Source: a virus
Taxonomy: Duplodnaviria > Caudoviricetes
Strand: one strand, 5' to 3'
Length of the DNA stretch: 58,177 nt
IMG/VR virus record: IMGVR_UViG_3300033987_000092
Span: 1 to 58,177 of that record
Shown here one piece after another: positions 56,063-58,177 of this stretch. A program made the position numbers and the translations under genes. How positions within the stretch are numbered: position 1 is the first letter of the stretch; every line of letters begins with the position of its first letter. The notes under the pieces were generated by a model that saw only the letters and a program-made list of their open reading frames with translations, searched no databases and was not told where the DNA came from.

Positions 56063-56236
56063 AATAGCACACCTCCTAAAAAAAGATTATGATTGTATAT
56101 AATTTGATTACATTATACATTAAAATGATTACATAGTCAACAACAAAATGTTCTTATTTTGATTATGTTTATAATGTATATATTGATGTTTATAATCAAA
56201 TATGTTACTATAAATTTGTAGAGAGGATGTGTTATA

Positions 56237-56479
56237 ATGGCTATTTCAGATAAGATAAAAGCATTGTTAAGCCTTAAAGGTAAAAAAAGCTACGAGCTGG
56301 CAGAATACCTTGGAATTACACCTCAAGCTATGAGAAATAAGCTGAGCCGTAATAGTTTTTCTGCTTCTGATTTAATTAAGATAGCTAATTTTTTAAATTG
56401 TGATTTAGCATTTGAAATAAATGAAAATCAGAAAATTATATTGGATATGTCTGATATTAAGGGTAAAGATTCTGAGTAA
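56237..56479 (+). CDS. Small HTH regulator divergent from the leftward accessory operon
   Basis: ELAEYLGITPQAMRNKLSR..DLIKIA..L.C. Confidence 0.8.
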   Translation: MAISDKIKALLSLKGKKSYELAEYLGITPQAMRNKLSRNSFSASDLIKIANFLNCDLAFEINENQKIILDMSDIKGKDSE

Positions 56480-56563
56480 CAAAAAATATTATATTGGCAT
56501 TTACTTAATATATCATATATGGTATAATAAATATTGTTAAGGGAATACTATGAAAGATGAGTA

Positions 56564-56917
56564 ATGCTTATGAGTTGGACGATTGATTTTTACAAAACTG
56601 AAGATGGTAAAGAACCTGTATCTGATTTTCTTGACAGTTTGCCACGAAAGCATAAAGCCAAAGCATTTTGGGAGTTGGATTTATTAGCAGATAAGGGCAT
56701 AGAACTTAAAGAACCATATGCAAAGCATATTGAAGACGAACTTTGGGAGTTAAGGATAAAGTTTGCAAGCAATATTTCAAGAGTGTTTTACTTTATTCCA
56801 ACCGAAACAAAAATTGTTCTTTTGCATGGTTTTATTAAGAAAACAAATAAAGCCCCTGTAAATGAGATTGAAACAGCTAAGAAACGGTTAGAAGATTATA
56901 AAAAGAGGTGTTTGTAA
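56564..56917 (+). CDS. RelE/HigB (Gp49-like) toxin
   Basis: FYKTEDGKEPVSDFL..EPYAKHI..LWELRI..RVFY..LLHGFIKKTNK.P..EI.TA..R. Confidence 0.9.
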   Translation: MLMSWTIDFYKTEDGKEPVSDFLDSLPRKHKAKAFWELDLLADKGIELKEPYAKHIEDELWELRIKFASNISRVFYFIPTETKIVLLHGFIKKTNKAPVNEIETAKKRLEDYKKRCL

Positions 56918-57189
56918 TGACTTTTGAAGAGTATAAGAAAAAAGCATTTGCTGAGGACCCAGAGCTTTATAAAGAGTACAAAGCTCTAGAACCTGAATAT
57001 GAAATTATCAGACAAATAATTAAAGCTCGTAATGAGTTGAACCTTACTCAAAAAGAGCTTGCAGAAAAAATAGGCATAAAACAGAGTAATATCAGTAGGC
57101 TTGAGAGCGGAAATTATAACCCTTCACTTGATTTCTTGAAGAAGGTAGCTCAGGGTCTTGGCAAGGAGCTTCATATCGAGTTTAGGTAG
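56917..57189 (+). CDS. HigA-like XRE antitoxin
   Basis: EY.ALEPEYEI..IIKAR..LTQKELAEKIGIKQSNISRLESG..PSL; toxin-first order. Confidence 0.9.
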   Translation: MTFEEYKKKAFAEDPELYKEYKALEPEYEIIRQIIKARNELNLTQKELAEKIGIKQSNISRLESGNYNPSLDFLKKVAQGLGKELHIEFR

Positions 57190-57207
57190 TATTTAAGGTG
57201 ATAGAAA

Positions 57208-57375
57208 ATGATGAGGAATAGTGAACCAAGAGACATGAAGGAAGTCCATGATATCAGAAAGGCGATAGCAGAAGAAACAAAGAACCTTTCTCCAAAAGAA
57301 AGAGCGGAGCTCACGAATAGGGAAGGTAGAGAAATTGCAGAGAAATATGGACTAAAAATTGTACAGAGGGTATAA
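57208..57375 (+). CDS. 55-aa hypothetical protein, missing from ORF track
   Basis: AAGGTGA RBS; MMRNSEPRDMKEVHDIRKAIAEETKNLSPKERAEL... Confidence 0.55.
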   Translation: MMRNSEPRDMKEVHDIRKAIAEETKNLSPKERAELTNREGREIAEKYGLKIVQRV

Positions 57376-57382
57376 TTGTTTG

Positions 57383-57416
57383 GTAGGCTACCCTGGGTAG
57401 CCTACTGTTTACTTTT
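57383..57416 (+). terminator. Palindromic terminator-like element
   Basis: GTAGGCTACCC-T-GGGTAGCCTAC followed by TGTTTACTTTT. Confidence 0.55.
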
Positions 57417-57424
57417 GTAAAGGA

Positions 57425-57913
57425 ATGAGTAATATGGCAGCAAACAAGAGAAAATGTGACGATATTTATAAAAATCTCAATAATCTGACACAAGAAAAGA
57501 GTGAAGTGATAGACTCAAAGATTCAAGCTATCGGCGAGGCATTGATTAAGTTTACTTATTTAGCTGTATTTGAACCGTCAGAAAAAGGCTATCGTGTATA
57601 TTTTCCTGACCTTCCCGGATGTGTGAGTTATGGAGAGAATTTTGAAGAGGCACTGGGGAAAGCTGCAGAAGCTTTATATCTTCATATATCAGGCTTGGAC
57701 AAGGACGGGAATGATATACCGGCTCCATCAGAGAATCCAGAAGTGGATCCAGCTACATCTACAGGCTATATTATTGTTCCTGTGACAATTACTTTTGACT
57801 GGGACAGTGATTTTACAAAATTAACACCTGCTGAAAGGGAAAGCCTGGACAAAGCTAGAAAAGAAATAGAGAACGGTGAGATAGTGGATGATACTGAAAT
57901 AGACTGGAGTTAA
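57425..57913 (+). CDS. HicB-domain protein with N- and C-terminal extensions
   Basis: YLAVFE..GYRVYFPDLPGCVSYGENFEEAL..A.EAL core. Confidence 0.8.
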   Translation: MSNMAANKRKCDDIYKNLNNLTQEKSEVIDSKIQAIGEALIKFTYLAVFEPSEKGYRVYFPDLPGCVSYGENFEEALGKAAEALYLHISGLDKDGNDIPAPSENPEVDPATSTGYIIVPVTITFDWDSDFTKLTPAERESLDKARKEIENGEIVDDTEIDWS

Positions 57914-57924
57914 TCATAAATAAT

Positions 57925-57945
57925 TTGTGGTATTATTTTGGCATT
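57925..57945 (+). repeat. Integrase arm-type site (right)
   Basis: TTGTGGTATTATTTTGGCATT, 20/21 identical to 67-87. Confidence 0.7.
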
Positions 57946-58050
57946 AAAATCTTTTGAGAATAAAAATACAAACTCATTTTTAATGGAATATAGATAATAT
58001 ATACACAAAAAATCAAGGTGAAATATGATAAAGCAACCTTCTATAATAGA

Positions 58051-58177
58051 ATGGGAATTACGCTGATTGTTCAGCTTGCGGTCGGCCTGATTAAAGCCAT
58101 TCCTGAGCTTGTGAAGTCATTGCCTCAGATTGTTGCGGCTATCATTGAAGGCTTGGGTAAAGCGGTCGTTTCGGTAG
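58051..58177 (+). pseudogene. Flanking partial ORF resembling tape-measure/tail amphipathic repeats (interrupted target gene)
   Basis: Frame MGITLIVQLAVGLIKAIPELVKSLPQIVAAIIEGLGKAVVSV open to window end, with no RBS. Confidence 0.5.
58052..58058 (+). repeat. Putative att core, right (TGGGAAT)
   Basis: Matches window start; composition switches here from AT-rich intergenic DNA to coding-like DNA. Confidence 0.6.

Larger units (their letters stand above)
1..58058. mobile_element. Complete temperate prophage (myovirus-like, PBSX/Xkd-type structural module)
   Basis: Integrase at left end, canonical module order (lysogeny, replication, packaging, head, sheath/tube tail, baseplate, lysis), att-like core and arm repeats at both ends. 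Confidence 0.95.

Noticed and set aside
462-57493. Numerous 60-200 aa opposite-strand or alternate-frame ORFs in the track (e.g. 6499-6984, 25150-25659, 41821-42411, 43228-43848)
   Set aside because: They are shadows of well-supported genes, without RBS or recognisable motifs.
1-58177. CRISPR array, tRNA, rRNA or IS element
   Set aside because: No regularly spaced repeat-spacer array, cloverleaf, rRNA-like segment or transposase was seen by eye. tRNAscan and CRISPR finders were not run.

Overview
The window is almost exactly one complete temperate prophage (about 58.05 kb) with a contractile-tail, PBSX/Xkd-like structural module. Its Bacillota/Clostridia-type host is inferred from gene families and GGAGG ribosome-binding sites. 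Left to right: tyrosine integrase and immunity region (ImmA-like protease, XRE repressor, Cro, excisionase, five 19-bp operators); an early recombination/replication region (single-chain SbcD-SbcC fusion, initiator, DnaC-like loader, RecU, phage-encoded beta-clamp); a late regulator and promoter; an unusual cluster of a sodium:solute symporter, two PP-loop (PAPS-reductase-fold) enzymes and two ParB/Srx proteins directly upstream of the terminase; head and tail genes, including a -1 frameshift chaperone; a complete diversity-generating retroelement (target VR, hairpin, avd, TR, RT, with 12 of 12 VR/TR mismatches at TR adenines); a lysis cassette; and a right-end accessory region with a minus-strand type I hammerhead ribozyme and toxin-antitoxin genes. 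A TGGGAAT core and matching 21-bp arm-type sites mark both ends. The 3' flank reads like a tape-measure repeat, suggesting insertion into another prophage. Family calls come from motif recognition by eye and no database search was run. Several starts were moved from the ORF track to fit RBS positions.
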